DNA from: Mobula hypostoma
Lineage: Eukaryota
Assembly (NCBI RefSeq): GCF_963921235.1
Contig: NC_086108.1
Location: 23,126,001-23,190,000 of the forward strand
DNA: 64,000 bases
Direction of reading: 5' to 3'
Below are positions 36,101 to 49,750 of the stretch, piece after piece. The first letter of the stretch is position 1. Every line of letters begins with the position of its first letter. The notes below the pieces were generated by a model that was not told where the DNA came from, ran no database searches, and worked only from the letters and a program-made list of their open reading frames with translations. The translations under genes were made by a program, and so were the position numbers.

Positions 36101-38879
36101 AGTACTTTATCCAGGTCCTGAAGGAACTAATAATCTCACTTGAATCAAAGAATGGTTAGAGCATGGAAGGAGCCCACTGAAGCATACTGGCTCAATGTTA
36201 GAGCAATCCAGCAAAAAAGATTGGGAATATGGCAAACTGTACAATGGTAACCAATATAACCAAGAGAGTGTTCCTTTTGGAACAGGTTCTTTGGGTGACA
36301 TTCCTCACAATATCAATTACACCTACAACCACCACCATCCCTAATGTCCATAAATCATTTATGAGAATATATAAACATTAATCATATCTTCCATTTGTTT
36401 TCTCATTTTGAGTTGTAACTTCTGTCTGAATTCTCTCATCTCATGTTCCAACTCTAATTCTTAAACCTTCATCACTTGCAGTTGAACTTTCTGTATTGAT
36501 TTCTACTTGCAGAAAGATCTAGTTTTTGGACACACTGCTTTAAGATTACACAGCTTGCTGTCAAACTTTGTGAACTGCTTCCTGAGAGGTGTGTTATGAA
36601 GCTCTACTATATCACATGTGTTATATAAATTGAATTTGTAGTGTTGTACAGAGTAGGGAAAAGTTTAAAACTATTCATTAGTGTTTTTGGGGTGCATATA
36701 TTATCAATAGTGTCTCGGGAGTGACATTATCAGGGAGGTTTCATCTCTCATCCTAGTGCTGAAAGAACAGTCCTGTCAAACATTTTTCAAGAAAGCTTTT
36801 GTCATTTAGTTTTGTTTTTTTACTTGGAGGGGAAGTGAAAGAGATTTGTTCTTTATCTGCACATTGCGTGTTTGATGGTCTTTTTTTCATGGGTTCTCTC
36901 GGGTTACTTTGTATTGTGGCTGCCTGTAAGGAGATGAATTTCAATGTTGTATACAGTATACATATTTTGATAATAAATGTACCTTGAACTTTTTGAACTT
37001 TGAGAGTGTGCTGCTATTCAAAAATGATGGTTCGTATGTCAGAAGTTCTTAATAGGCTTCTTGGTCCAACCTGTAATGTTCAAAGGAGGTAATAATTAGA
37101 AGAAATGGAAGAGGTGATTGGTGAGAAAGAAGACAAACTAATTTACATGGAAGCAAGAAAGACAGGTAAACAATAAATAGTTAAAACCGCTTTGGAAAAC
37201 AATATGTTAAGCAAATATTCGGACTTCGAAATTATTTTTGGTCTGTTATTAACCCCTTCAGACCTGAGGGTACATTCATGAATTGATGAGTTATTTTAAC
37301 CAAGTCTATATTAGGACTTCTGTACTGGAAATGCCAGTTAGCTACAGGATAGTTGAGAAGGGAAGTGGGTTCTAGAAATGTTGTCAAGTAGCTCAGTGAC
37401 ACTCACTGTAGAGGCATAGAAATTGGCTGCTCATTAATCTGCCCTGTGACTGTGAAATTACTTGTGAGAGCCATGCCTGTGATGACTGGAATCCAAGTTC
37501 CAAGAAGCTTTTTAACAGGGGAGGCCCCAGCTCTGAAGGTAGCAAGATACTTGGCAAAGCCTGAGGAGAGGGGTAAGGTTGCAAAATTAAGGCAAAGTGA
37601 AACAAGGAGTAAGGGTAACCGAAAAGATAGAAACAAGAGAAAACCAGCAGTTTTTAGAGCTGTGTATTATTGAGATGTGAAATCACAATGGATGCTCCTA
37701 CCGATGTTTATTGTTAAATTTAGACAACACCATGATGACTATTGCTATGTGGGTACATGCAGAAATCAATCTGTGCACTGTAAAGTTCCACAAGCTAAAA
37801 GGTCCTGTTGACCTGTAGTAATCCTATTAGTAGAAGAATACATATTGGTTTTGTTCCTGGATAAGCGTCACTGCTTTGAGGAGTCCCACTGCTTCTCTTG
37901 CGTCCACCTGAGCCTTGGCTAATTGCCTTGCACCTGTGTTAGTGCGGCACTCCCTGACCTTTTGCACTGAATTGACAACATTGGATAAATGCTCAGGTCT
38001 CAAATGGGAATGAAAGCCACTTACTCTGATCTACAGCTCCATCTCCGTGTCAAAAGATCTGGGAGTGAAATTGTCTTTTTAAAGGAAAGGATCATCCTGT
38101 CAGTCAAATTCTCTAGAAATCTGAGTGTTTCTGGGGTTCAAAAGGCTGTGTCTGTTGATGTATGCAATTTATTATTCATTATTACTCATCTCCACATGAA
38201 ATAGACTTCAAATGGAGATCTGTTGGAATCTCAGTGGGAAACTAAATCTGGTGCAGTCTAGTTTTAAATGTCAAGAAAACAAAAATTGATGAATAATATA
38301 AACTAGTCTTCATGTATTTTTAGGTGTCTCTGCATCTAGTTGAAATTTTTTGAAATATCAGGTGGACATTTCACATGATAAATGTTAAAGTATGATCTTG
38401 TCCTTCACTGGGGAATAGCTGCATTAAAGTAGGGCAGCCCATCATGTTCAGCCCAGCGCTCCACTAGAACTCTTTAACTGCACCCCTCCCCTTAGCTTTG
38501 ACATTTTTTCTCCACTGTATATTCATCTAATTTCTTATTGAAGGCCACAATGGAGCGTATTTCCATTACATCTGAAGGCAGCTCGTTCCAGATTTGAAGC
38601 GCATGTTGAATAATGTTTTCCCTTGTGCCACACTTAATTCACACCCCTTGTAGAGAGAGGGGGAGGTTACTTAGCACCCCCCCCCAACTGTTCCGTTTCT
38701 TCATTATGGCTCAGTTGGTGGTATTCATGGGTCTCAGCTGAACCATTGTGGGGTGTAGTATCATTGTGGGTTGTAGTACCTTCGGCACAAACTGTAGCTG
38801 GATGCACTGGTCTAACACTGAGAGGATGCTGCCAATGTCACATGGATTAGATGTTAATCTAGGACCTTGATTAGATGTT

Positions 38880-39235
38880 AATATAAGAGGTGTATAAAAT
38901 GATGAGAGGCATTGATCGTGTGGATAGTCAGAGGCTTTTTCCCAGGCCTGAAATGGCTAACACGAGAGGGCACAGTTTTAAGGTGCTTGGAAGTCGGTAC
39001 AGAGGAGATGTCAGGGGTAAATTTTTTATGCAGAAAGAGGTGAGTGCGTGGAATGGGCTGCTGGAGATGGTGGTGGAGGCAAATACGATAGGGTCTTTTA
39101 AGCAACTCCTGGATAGGTACATGGAGCTTAGAAAAATAGAGGGCTGTGGGTAGCCCTGGAAATTTCTAAGATAGGGACATGTTCAGCACAGCTTTGTGGG
39201 CTGAAGAGCCTGTATTGTGCTGTAGGTTTTCTATG
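38880..39235 (+). mobile_element. CR1-like LINE 3' end
   Basis: ORF 38890-39153 reads 'YKMMRGIDRVDSQRLFP..TRGHSFKV..WNGL..FKQLLDRYM'. Confidence 0.88.
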
Positions 39236-39597
39236 TTAGGCTGTACGTGGATGTAGAGTCCCCACCAGTATTTCAAAGTGTAGAGCAGTAATCTATAGTG
39301 TCCAGTATTTATCCATTAATCAAGTTGAATGATCACTTTGTTTATTTTGAGTATAAATCACATGATGCACTTCCTCCAATACAACTACTTTGAATATTTG
39401 CCAGGGATAAGGTCCTTGTTTTGCTTTGAGCTAAGAGGAGGTCCTTTGGTTTAACAGCACCTTCTGGCAGTGGAGCATCACCTGGTATGTCAGCCTGGAC
39501 CACATGGTCAGGTCTCTAGGTTGGATCTGCGCTCGTGATCTCTGATTCAGAGGTGAAGATGCTGCTGGCATTTGGTTTTGGAATGGGTAGGAGGGCC

Positions 39598-40907
39598 TGT
39601 CATGGTTCAGTCTGTGAAGTCCGCATTCCGGTTCACGGTCCGGTCCATCGACCCTTGCTCCAGGTTTTCCTGTCTACCCTGTTTCTGTTCCTGTTGAGCA
39701 CTAATTGAGGCAGCTGATTCTCGTTGGGGCTGGCTGCATAAATACCTTCAGAGACCAGGACATGGCTGCTGGTTTGTTCTTGTCCTTACTCCTTGTATCC
39801 CTTCCCCTGCCTTCTGTTTTCTCGCCTTGCATTGCCTAAAGCCTTGCCTTGTCTTGCCGATAACTCTCGCCTCGCCTGAAGTTCTTGTCTCACCTTGCAT
39901 TGCCTGAAGCCTTGCCTTGTCTTGCTGGTAACTCTCGCCTCGTCTCGCTTGAGATCTTGTCTTGGCCCACCCTGAACCTAGCTCCCTTCCTGTCCCTTGC
40001 CTCCATCGGGTAAGCCAGGCCAGATTGCCGTTACCCTGCGGTGGGTCCTGTCCCTTCCTGCCCCTTGCCTCCGTCGAGTAAGCCAGGCCAGATTGCCGTT
40101 ACCCTGCGGTTGGTTCTGTCCCTTCCTGTCCCTCACTTCTGTCGGGTGGAGATCTGCGCCCTGCCCAGGAGTACCACGCCCTGCCCAGGAGGAGCTTCAA
40201 CACCCCAAGACTTGAGCCTCGCCCCAAGCCAAGCTTCAAGACCCCAAGTCTCGAGCCTCGCCCCAAGCCAAGCTTCAAGACCCCAAGTCTCGAGCCTCGC
40301 CCCAAGCCAAGCTTCAAGACCCCAAGTCTCGAGCCTCGCCCCAAGCCAAGCTTCAAGACCCCAAGTCTCGAGCCTCGCCCCAAGCCAAGCTTCAAGACCC
40401 CAAGTCTCGAGCCTCGCCCCAAGCCAAGCTTCAAGACCCCAAGTCTCGAGCCTCGCCCCAAGCCAAGCTTCAAGACCCCAAGTCTCGAGCCTCGCCCCAA
40501 GCCAAGCTTCAAGACCCCAAGTCTCGAGCCTCGCCCCAAGCCAAGCTTCAAGACCCCAAGTCTCGAGCCTCGCTCCAAGCCAAGCTTCAAGACCCCAAGC
40601 CTCAAGTCTCTGGTCTCCAGCCTCGCCTCAAGTCTCTGGTCTCCAGCCTCGTCCTGCCTGCTGGCCAAGTCACGTCCTTGCCTAGTTCTGGGGTCCGAGC
40701 CAGAGGCAAGACCCAGGTTTTGGGTCCTTGTCCAGTCTCTGGCTTGGAGTCCAAGCCCGTACTCCTAGCTCTCTTGTCCAGTCCTGTTCCAGGTTCCCGG
40801 TTTTCGTGTCCATGTCCTGGCCCTCGGTCTGCATCCTAGTCCTGTCCGTAGTACTTCAGTGTCTGTATCTTGCACTTGGGTCCGTTCCCAGCCACCTCCT
40901 TATGACA
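39598..40907 (+). mobile_element. Gypsy/Ty3-like solo LTR (~1.3 kb)
   Basis: It starts TGTCAT (39598) and ends ATGACA (40907), giving inverted TG..CA termini. The flanks are GGGCC (39593-39597) and GGGCT (40908-40912), a 5-bp TSD with one mismatch. It has a TATA-like CATAAATA at ~39737 and the 3' 'cttgcacttgggtcc' motif seen in fish Gypsy LTRs. No gag or pol lies adjacent. Confidence 0.75.
40214..40603 (+). repeat. 39-bp tandem repeat, 10 copies, inside the solo LTR
   Basis: The unit GAGCCTCGCCCCAAGCCAAGCTTCAAGACCCCAAGTCTC starts at 40214, 40253 and so on to 40565. Nine copies look identical and the last has two substitutions. Confidence 0.95.
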
Positions 40908-41029
40908 GGGCTGTGATAGTGAGCTAAATATGGCAAGGTTAAAGACAGCTAGAATTACCTTCATACCTTTTGTATCTGTTAAGGAAAGATTTACTTTTGG
41001 AGAACTGCCTTCCAATTTTGTTCCACATG

Positions 41030-42290
41030 TCCCTATGTCATACTTGACCAATCTATTGGAGTTTTTTGAGGAGGTTACCAGGAAAATGGATGAAGGAAAG
41101 GCAGTGGATGTTGTCTACATGGACTTCAGTAAGGCCTTTGACAAGGTCCCACATGGGAGGTTAGTTAGGAAAATTCAGTCGCTAGGTATACGTGGAGAGG
41201 TGGTAAATTGGATCAGGCATTGACTCAATGGAAGAAGCCAAAGAGTGGTAGTAGAGGATTGCTTCTCAGAGTGGAGGCCTGTGACTAGTGGTGTGCCACA
41301 GGGATCAGTGCTGGGTCCATTGTTATTTGTCATCTATATCAATGATCTGGATGATAATGTGGAAAATTGGATCAGCAAATTTGCTGATGATACAAAGATT
41401 GGAGGTGTAGTGGACAGTGAGGAAGGATTTCAAAGCTTGCAGAGGGATTTGGACCAGTTGGAAAAATGGGCTGAAAAATGGCAGATGGAGTTTAATACAG
41501 ACAAGTGTGAGGTACTGCACTTTGGAAGGACAAACCAAGGTAGATGGTAAGGCACTGGGGAGTGCAGTAGAACAGAGGGATCTGGGAATACCGATACAAA
41601 ATCCCCTAAAGGTGACGTCACAGGTAGATAGGGTCGTAAAGAGAGCTTTTGATACATTGGCCTTTATTAATCAAAGCATTGAGTATAAGAGCTGGAATGT
41701 TATGATGAGGTTGTATAAGGCATTGGTGAGGCCGAATCTGGAGTATTGTGTTCAGTTTTGGTCACCAAATTACATGAAGGATATTAATAAGGTTGAAAGA
41801 GTGCAGAGAAGGTTTACAAGGATGTTGCCAGGACTTGAGAAACTCAGTTACAGTACAGAGAAAGGTTGAATAGGTTAGGATTTATTCCCTGGAGCGTAGA
41901 AAAATGAGGGGAGATTTGATAGTGGTATATAAAATTATGATGGGTATAGATAGAGTGAATGCAAGCAGGCTTTTTCCACTGAGGCAAGGGGAGAAAAAAA
42001 CCGGAGGACATGGGTTAAGGGTGAAAGGGGAAAAATTTAAAGGGAACATTAGGGAAGGCTTCTTCACACAGGGTGTGGTGGGAGTGTGGAATGTGCTGCC
42101 AGATGAGGTGGTAAATGCGGGTTCTTTATTAACATTTAAGAATAAATTGGACAGATACATGGATGGGAGGTGTATAGAGGGATATGGTCCGTATGCAGGT
42201 CAGTGGGACTAGGCAGAAAATGGTTCGGCACAGCCAAGAAGGACCAAAAGGCCTGTTTCTGTGCTGTAGTTTTTCTATGGTTTCTATGTT
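41030..42290 (+). mobile_element. CR1-like LINE, 5'-truncated RT and 3' end
   Basis: It contains 'LTNLLEFFEEV..VYMDFSKAFDKVPH', '[32 protein letters not shown]' and 'LVRPNLEYCVQFWSP', with a (TTTCTATG)n tail. Confidence 0.92.
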
Positions 42291-43290
42291 TGACTAGGCA
42301 TTGGAACCATTCCTTGCACACCAGGCCAGTTTCCACTCTGGTGCCAGACAAGTTTGGCACCATGGGAGGGGATTCATAGTCCAGGCCTATCTCGGCTCAA
42401 CCAGGATCCATGAGTAGGAGTCATTACATCAGGATCAGGCAGTGCTTTAATATTTCCTCCCCATAATCTTTCAGCTACATCTTTCCAGACAAGATCTGCC
42501 TGCTATGCAATCAAGAGTAGGTACAGCTTTTACTTTACAGTGTGATACATTCCCCCCAACTTCTTATTTTGATCATTGAACAGGTGGGGATTCGGTGGAC
42601 CCCCCCTCCCCTATCTTTCACCATCAGACAGCAAGCAGACAAAGCTGGAGTTAAGTACCAATCACAAGATGCGGGGGCGGGCAGTCGTTTATAACTGTGT
42701 AGGAACAACTTCTCGCAGAGGGTGGTGAATCTCTGGAATTACCCCAGAGGGTAGTGGAGGTTTGATTATTTGGGATAATCAAAGAGTAGGTAGGTAAACA
42801 TTTGAAAAATCAGTGAAGTGAGGGCTATGGGGAAGCGGCACAGTGTTAACCTCTGGGCAGATCAGCCACATTCTTAAGGAATGGAGGGGTGGGGTTATGA
42901 TGTTCTTGTATCCTATATTCAAGTGTATTCACTTTATTTAGTTTCAAAACCAGAAAGATCGGCTAATTTAGCGTTGTTTTAACGGGTAGAATCTAGCGGT
43001 AACGGGGGTTGGTTGCACTAAGAAAGCTCTCGCCCCAAAATGCCGTTCGTTCGACTGCGGCAAGTCGCTCATGGCAGAACTCAAATCAGATTAATGGACG
43101 GATTAGGCAGTAACCGGTGGAACAGTTAGAAGGGCTAAATGGTCTGACCTGTCCCACCAGCGAAGGCTATGGGCTACTTGCGAATTGATCTGAGTTTTCT
43201 TTGACCAGAAATTGCACGTCTTCAGAAAGTGAGCGCTGCGGTTCGTGACAGTCCGCGCTTGTTAGCGAGCCGGCACTGACTGCTCACACG

Positions 43291-43375
43291 GACCACTAGA
43301 TGGAGCAGTGAGCCAAAAGACAGGGAGCTCCAACCTTCTGATTGGGTGACAGGCTGACCGGGCGGATCAGCCAAT
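43291..43375. promoter_or_regulatory. Candidate intronic regulatory cluster: CTCF-like site, two inverted CCAAT boxes and a GC box
   Basis: GACCACTAGATGGAGCAG at 43291-43308, ATTGG at 43341-43345, GGGCGG at 43360-43365 and CCAAT at 43371-43375 all sit in a locally CpG-rich, apparently TE-free patch (~42960-43440). Confidence 0.5.
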
Positions 43376-43759
43376 CAGTCCGTTCAGCTCACCTGTCCGC
43401 GCATTCCTATTAGCTCGCTGCAGAACCCCTGTTAGAAGCGCAGGAAAAGAAATCTGGCAAAAGGTTCTGGTGATCTTGGCAGTGGTGAGTGAATTGCTGG
43501 AGAGGAGATGCTAGTGTTGGGAATGATTTGGGCAAATGCTAGAAATGTACACCAATATCGGCAGGGGTCCATGTAACCATATGTCTTAGTGGATTCTGTT
43601 GTACTCAGAATTGTAGCTGTCAACGGTAGGTATAATGCACAACATCAGTGTATACAATTGAGTTTCTCTTAATCTAACATCCAAATGTAGACTTTTGAAT
43701 AATTTAGCTCCATAATGTAAATAATATGCATATCATCTGCCATAGTACCATTATACTGT

Positions 43760-45000
43760 AGCCTTCAATGAGATGTAGATGTATACACAGTAGATGGAAA
43801 GCAACAACAAACTCAGCACTGGCCTTGTGGCACATCACTAGCCACAGGTCTCCAGTCAGAGAGGCAACCATCTACTGCCACTCTCTGGCTTCTCCCGCTA
43901 AGCCAATGTTGAATCCAATTGACTACTTCATCCTGAATACCAAGAGATTAAACCTTCGGAACCAGCCTGCCATGCAGGACTTTGTCAAAGCCCTTGCGAA
44001 AGTCAATGTAGACAATGCCCACTTTCTTTTCTTCATCAGCCTTCTTGGTAACCTCCTCAAAAAACTCAGTGAGATTTGTTAGACATGACCTACCTCAGAT
44101 CCACATTGACTATCCCTAACTAGGATTTCAAATACTTCTTTTCAAATAATTGTATGTCCTGTCCCTTAGAATATCTTACAGTAAGTTACCTGTGACTCAC
44201 ATCACGATCTTCAGCCTATAATTTCCCAGCTTAATTTTAGGGTCTTAAACAACTGAACAACATTACCTATCCTCCAATTCTCTGGCACCTCACCAATAGC
44301 TAAGTACATTTTAAATATCTCTGTTAGGGTCCCTTCAATTTTTGTAGTAGCCTCCCACAAGATTCAGGAGGTCACCATCAGACCCTGGGGATTTATCCAC
44401 CCTAATTTTCCTCAAGATACACCCTCTTCTCTAATCTGGATATGGTCTATGGCCTCACTACTCTTGTCTTATTCTATAGTCTCTGTGTCTGTCTCCTGAG
44501 TGAATACAAAAACAAAAAATCATTTCAGATCTCCCCCATCTCTTTTGGCTTCATGCACATATAACTACACTGATCTTCAGGAGGACCAATTTTGTCCCTT
44601 GCCATCATTTTTCTCTTCGATAGAAGCCCTTGGCATTTCTTTCACCTTCTGAACCAGAGCAACCTCATGCCATATTTTAGCACTCCTGATTTATGTCTTG
44701 TGTTCTTTTGCATTTCCCATACTCCTCAAGTGCCTCATTTAATCCTAAATGTCTGTACCTGATATGGGTCTTCTTTTTCATCACTCAATATCCCTCAATA
44801 AGTGAGTTTTCCTAAACCTGTTAGCTTTGCCTTTTATTGTAACAGAAGCATACAGATTCTGTACTCTCAATATTTCACTTTTGAAAGCTTCCCACTTACC
44901 AAGAATCTCCTTGCTGGATAACAGCCTATCCCAATTCATGCCTGCCAGATCCCTTCTGATGACATCAAAATTGGCCTTTCTCTAAGTTAGAAGCTTGACC
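43760..45000 (-). mobile_element. Old degenerate CR1-like ORF2 fragment
   Basis: The reverse complement has RT-region remnants ('ttttttgaggaggttaccaagaag', 'gactttcgcaagggctttgacaaagtcc', 'ggataaatccccagggtctgatgg'). Confidence 0.7.
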
Positions 45001-45099
45001 ATGGGACCATTCTCCCAATGTGGGAGGAAACTAGAGCATCTTTGGGACTGGAATGTGAGATGGTTTGAGTTATAAGGAGAGACTGGTTAGGTTGGGCAT

Positions 45100-48000
45100 C
45101 CTTCAGGCAGATGAATGCATGGCTGAGAGACTGGTGCAGGGGGCAGGGCTTCAGATTCTTGGATCATTGGGATCTCTTCTGGGAGAAGTATGACCTGTTC
45201 AAAAAGGATGGGTTACACCCGAACCCGAAGGGAACCAATATCCTGGTGGGAAGGTTTAATAGAGCTGTTAGGGAGGGTTTAAACTAACTTGGCAGGGGGA
45301 TGGGAACCGGAATGGTAGAGCGGAGGAGGGGGAAAGCAGAAATAAATCTAAGATAGTGAGCAGTAAAGATGTCAGGAAGGACAGGCAGGTGATGAGGCAA
45401 ATTTGCAGCCATTGGGATGAGTTGCAGTGCAATCAAAGCAAAAAGTACCAAATACTGGACTTAAGGTGTTATACTTAAATGCATACAGCATAAGGAATAA
45501 GGTGGATGATCTTGTCGTACAGCTACAGATTGGTAGGTATGATATTGTGGCCATCACTGAGATGTGTCTAAAGGATGCATGTCTCTGGGAGCTGAACGTC
45601 CAAGGGTACACGGTGTATCGGAAGGATAGGCAGGTAGGCAGAGGGGGTGGCGTGGCTTTATTGGTAAGAAATGATATTAAATCATTAGGAAGAGGTGACA
45701 TAGGATCAGAAGGTGCAGAATCTTTATGGGTTGAGCTAAGAAATAGCAGGGGTAAAAGGACCCTGATGGCAGTTATTTATAGGCCTCCAAACAGCTGAAC
45801 TGATGTGGACTACAAATTACAACAGGAAATAGAAAAGGCTTGTCAGAAGGGCAGTGTTATGATAATTGTGGGGGATTTCAACATGCGAGTGGATTGGGAA
45901 AATCAGGTCGGCACTGGATCTCAAGAGAGAGAATTTGTAGTGTCTATGAGATGGCTTTTTAGAACAGCTTGTTGTTAAGCCCACTAGGGGATCGGCGGTA
46001 CTGGATTGGGTATTGTGTAATGAACCAGAGGTGATTAGAGAGATTGAGGTGAAGGAACCCTTAGGAGACAGTGATCATAACATGATTGAGTTCACTGTGA
46101 AATTTGAGAATGAGAAGCCGAAATCCGATGTGTTGGTATTTCAGTGGAGTAAAGGAAATTACAGTGGCGTGAGAGAGGAACTGGCCAAAGTTGACTGGAA
46201 AGGGACACTAGCAGGAAGGCCAGCAGAGCAGCAGTGGCTGGAGTTTATGTGAGAAGTGAGGAAGGTGCAAGACAGATATATTCCAAAAAAGAAGAAATTT
46301 TTGAATGGAATAGGGATGCAACCGTGGCTGACGAGAGAAGTCAAAGCCAAAGTTAAAGCAAAGGAGAGGGCATACAAGGAAGCAAAAATTAGTGGGAAGA
46401 CAGGATTGGGAAGTTTTTAAAAGCTTACAAAAAGAAACTAAGAAGGTCATTAAGAGAGAAAAGATTAACTATGAAAGGAAGCTAGCAAATAATATCAAAG
46501 AGGATACTAAAAGCTTTTTGAAGTATATAAAGAGTAAAAGACAGGTGAGAGTAGATACAGGACCGATAGAAAATGATGCTGGAGAAATTGTAATGGGAGA
46601 TAAGGAGATGGTGGAAGAAAAGAATGAGTGTTTTGCATCAGTCTTCACTGAGCAGTATACCGGACACTCAAGGTTGTCAGGGAAGAGAAGTGTGCGCAGT
46701 CACAGTTACGACAGAGAAAGTACTCAGGAAGCTGAATAGTGTAAGGGTAGATAAATCTCCCAGACCAGATGGAATGCACCCTCATGTTCTGAAGGAAGTA
46801 GCTGTGGAGATTGCGGATCTTTCAAAAGTCAACAGATTCTGGCAAGGTTCTGGTGGACTGAAAGATTGCAAATGTCACTCTGCTATTTAAGAAGGGGGCA
46901 AGGAAGCAAAAAGGAAATTATAGACCTGTTAGCCTGACATCGGTGGTTGGGAAGTTGTTGGAGTTGATTGTCAAGGATGAGGTTACGGAGTACCTGGAGG
47001 AATATGACAAGATAGGCAGAACTCAGCATGGTTTCCTTAAAGGAAAACCCTGCCTGACAAACCTATTGCAATTTTTTGAGGAAATTATAAGTAGGCTAGA
47101 CAAGGGCGATGCAGTGAATGTTGTATATTTGGATTTTCAGAAGGCCTTTGACAAGGTGCCACACATGAGGCTGTTAAACAAGATAAGAGCCCATGGAATT
47201 AAGGGGAAGTTACATACATGGATAGAGCGTTGGCTGATTGGCAGGAAACAGAGAGTGGGAATAAGGGGATCCTATTCTGCTTGGCTGCCGGTTACCAGTG
47301 GTGTTCCACAGGGGTCAGTGTTGGGGCCGCTTCTTTTTACGTTGTACATCAACGATTTGGATTATGGAATAGTTGGCTTTGTGGCTAAGTTTGCTGACTA
47401 TATGAAGATAGGTGGAGGGGTCGGTAGTGCTGAGGAAACAGAGTCTGCAGAGAGACTTGGATAGATTGGGAGAATGAGCAAAGAAGTGGCAAATGAAATA
47501 CAATATTGGAAAGTGTATGGTTATGCACTTTGGTAGAAGAAATAAATGGGCAGACAATTATCTAAATGGGGAGAGAATTCAAAGTTCTGAGATGCAATGG
47601 GATTTGGGAATCCTCGTGCAGGATACCCTTAAGGTTAACCTCCAGGTTGAGTCAGTAGGGAAGAAGGCGAATGCAATGTTGGCATTCATTTCTAGAGGAG
47701 TAGAGTATAGGAGCAGGGATGTGATGTTGAGGCTCTATAAGGCACTGGTAAGACCTCACTTGGAGTACTTTGGGCAGTTTTGGTTTCCTTATTTAAGAAA
47801 GGATGTGCTGACATTGGAGAGGGTTCAGAGAAGATTCACTAGAATGATTCCGGGAATGAGAGGGTTAACATATGAGGAACATTTGTCCGCTCTTGGACTG
47901 TACTCCTTGGAGTTTAGAAGAATGAGGGGGGACCTTATAGAAACATTTCGAATGTTGAAAGGCATGGACAGAGTGGATGTAGCAAAATTGTTTCCCATGA

Positions 48001-48315
48001 TGGGGGAGTCTAGTACGAGAGGACTTGACTTAAGGATTGAAGGGCGCCCATTCAGAACAGAAATGTGAAGAAATTTTTTTAGTCAGAGGGTGATGAATCT
48101 ATGGAATTTGTTGCCACGGGCGGCAGTGGAGGCCAAGTCATTGGGTGTATTTAAGGCAGAGATTGATAGGTATCTGAGTAGCCAGGGCATCAAAGGTTAT
48201 GGTGAGAAGGTGGGGGAGTGGGACTAAATGGGAGAATGGATCAGCTGATGATAAAAAGGCGGAGCAGACTTGGTGAGCCGAATGGCTGACTTCTGTTCCT
48301 TTATCTTATGGTCTT
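45100..48315 (+). mobile_element. CR1-like LINE: end of ORF1 plus complete but broken ORF2 and 3' UTR
   Basis: The ORF1 tail ('FRFLDHWDLFW..KKDGLHPN') is followed by APE ('LYLNAYSIRNKVDDL..VAITE..GDFN..SDHNMIEF'), RT ('[30 protein letters not shown]') and the C-terminus. There are multiple stops and frameshifts and a (TCTTATGG)n tail. Confidence 0.93.
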
Positions 48316-49263
48316 ATGGTCTTTCCCCTGGAGTATAGGAGGCTGTGGAGTAACCTTAAAGAGATTTATCATCAAACAAATGGCATGGATAAGGTGAACA
48401 GGCACAGTAATTATCACAGGGCAAGGAGTCCAAAACTAGAGGCTTCCCAATCTTCCTTATGCCATGGACCCCTACCATTAACTGGGGAGTTTGTGGACCC
48501 CTGGCATTGTGTTAAAGTGAGAGGTGAAAGTTTTAAAAGAGGCCTGATGGGTATCTTTGCTTGTGGGTATATGGAATAAACTGCCATATGGGTGGTAGAG
48601 GTGAGTACAGTACAGTACTGACATTTAAAATACATTTGGGCAATAAATAGAAAAGGTTTAGAAGGCAAATAGGACTAACTCAGTTAGGTATCTTGGTCAA
48701 CATGGACATTGGGTTAAAGAGCCTCTTTTCTGAGTTGTGTAGCTCTTTGACTCTAATAAGGTGTATAATTATATAACCACTAAATATCACCCAGTGAAGG
48801 TCTACAGACTGTGATTGTGTAGTGTGCTGTGTATGTTACAAGCTCCTCTGCAAAACTACTTCTTGCTGGACCAGTATGATCCCTCTTTCAGCACAACGAG
48901 CAAAGACATGATTGGCCTCTGTGTAGAATGAATGAGTAAAATGAATGAGTTTGTTAATTTCATGACAACCACTAATCAACCTGTGGGCAGGCAAATGGAC
49001 ATTAGAAAGTTAGTAATGGACTTCACTGAACTTAGTTTAAAAGACTCTTTGGGCTGACAGCAGCATGCGGATGTTCGAGTGTGACTGGGTAGTGGGATAT
49101 GGGTTCATGTGCACACTATTCCCATTGCTGCATGTTTAAAATAACCAACGCTTGCATTTGGATGTTAACCTGATGGCCTCTCTAAAGTGCATATGAAGTA
49201 GTATCACTGTCCTCTTTTGAGCAAGAGCCAGGGAGAGCTCTGTTATGTGTTGGTAAAGTCTAA

Positions 49264-49750
49264 AGGCTGATTTATACTTGTGCGTCAAATGGACGCCGTA
49301 ACCTACGCAAGTGGCCTATGTGCGTTGTGAGCATTTATACTTGTGCGTTGGTGTGTCTGCATCGCTCTGCAATTCGGGCATGTTGCACATGCGCACACAC
49401 CTGCCCATGCAAGGCTTCATGGTCATGGTAGTCTTTCTCGGGGTCAACAAATTTAAAGCAAGCATCTTTTTTCGTAAAAGCGAAATGTGTCCTCCATAAT
49501 TTCGGAGGTCTGTAAAGCTTTATGGAAATCATTGCAGCCAGAGTTCCTTCCCTGCCCTTCAGTCACCCAATAGGAAGCTGTTGCAGCGTAGGAGGAAATG
49601 CGATGCTACCAAGCGGACCAATCACAGTTGTTGCGGTCTGCATTGCCGCAACGTGTAGTTACATTTTGGGAGAGGTGCGCGTCAGGCTACGGCGTAGGGA
49701 TCCGCGTAGGCTCTGCGTAGGGTTCACGACACAGAAGTATAAATCAGCCT
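49264..49750. mobile_element. Non-autonomous PIF/Harbinger-type MITE (487 bp)
   Basis: The terminal inverted repeats are AGGCTGATTTATACTT (49264-49279) and AAGTATAAATCAGCCT (49735-49750). A TAA TSD sits at 49261-49263 and 49751-49753. No coding capacity. Confidence 0.85.

Noticed and set aside
40041..40685. 214-aa ORF with SLAPSQASRPQVS repeats, and the antisense 189-aa ORF
   Set aside because: These are translations of a 39-bp VNTR inside a solo LTR. Both strands are open and there is no domain or splice support.
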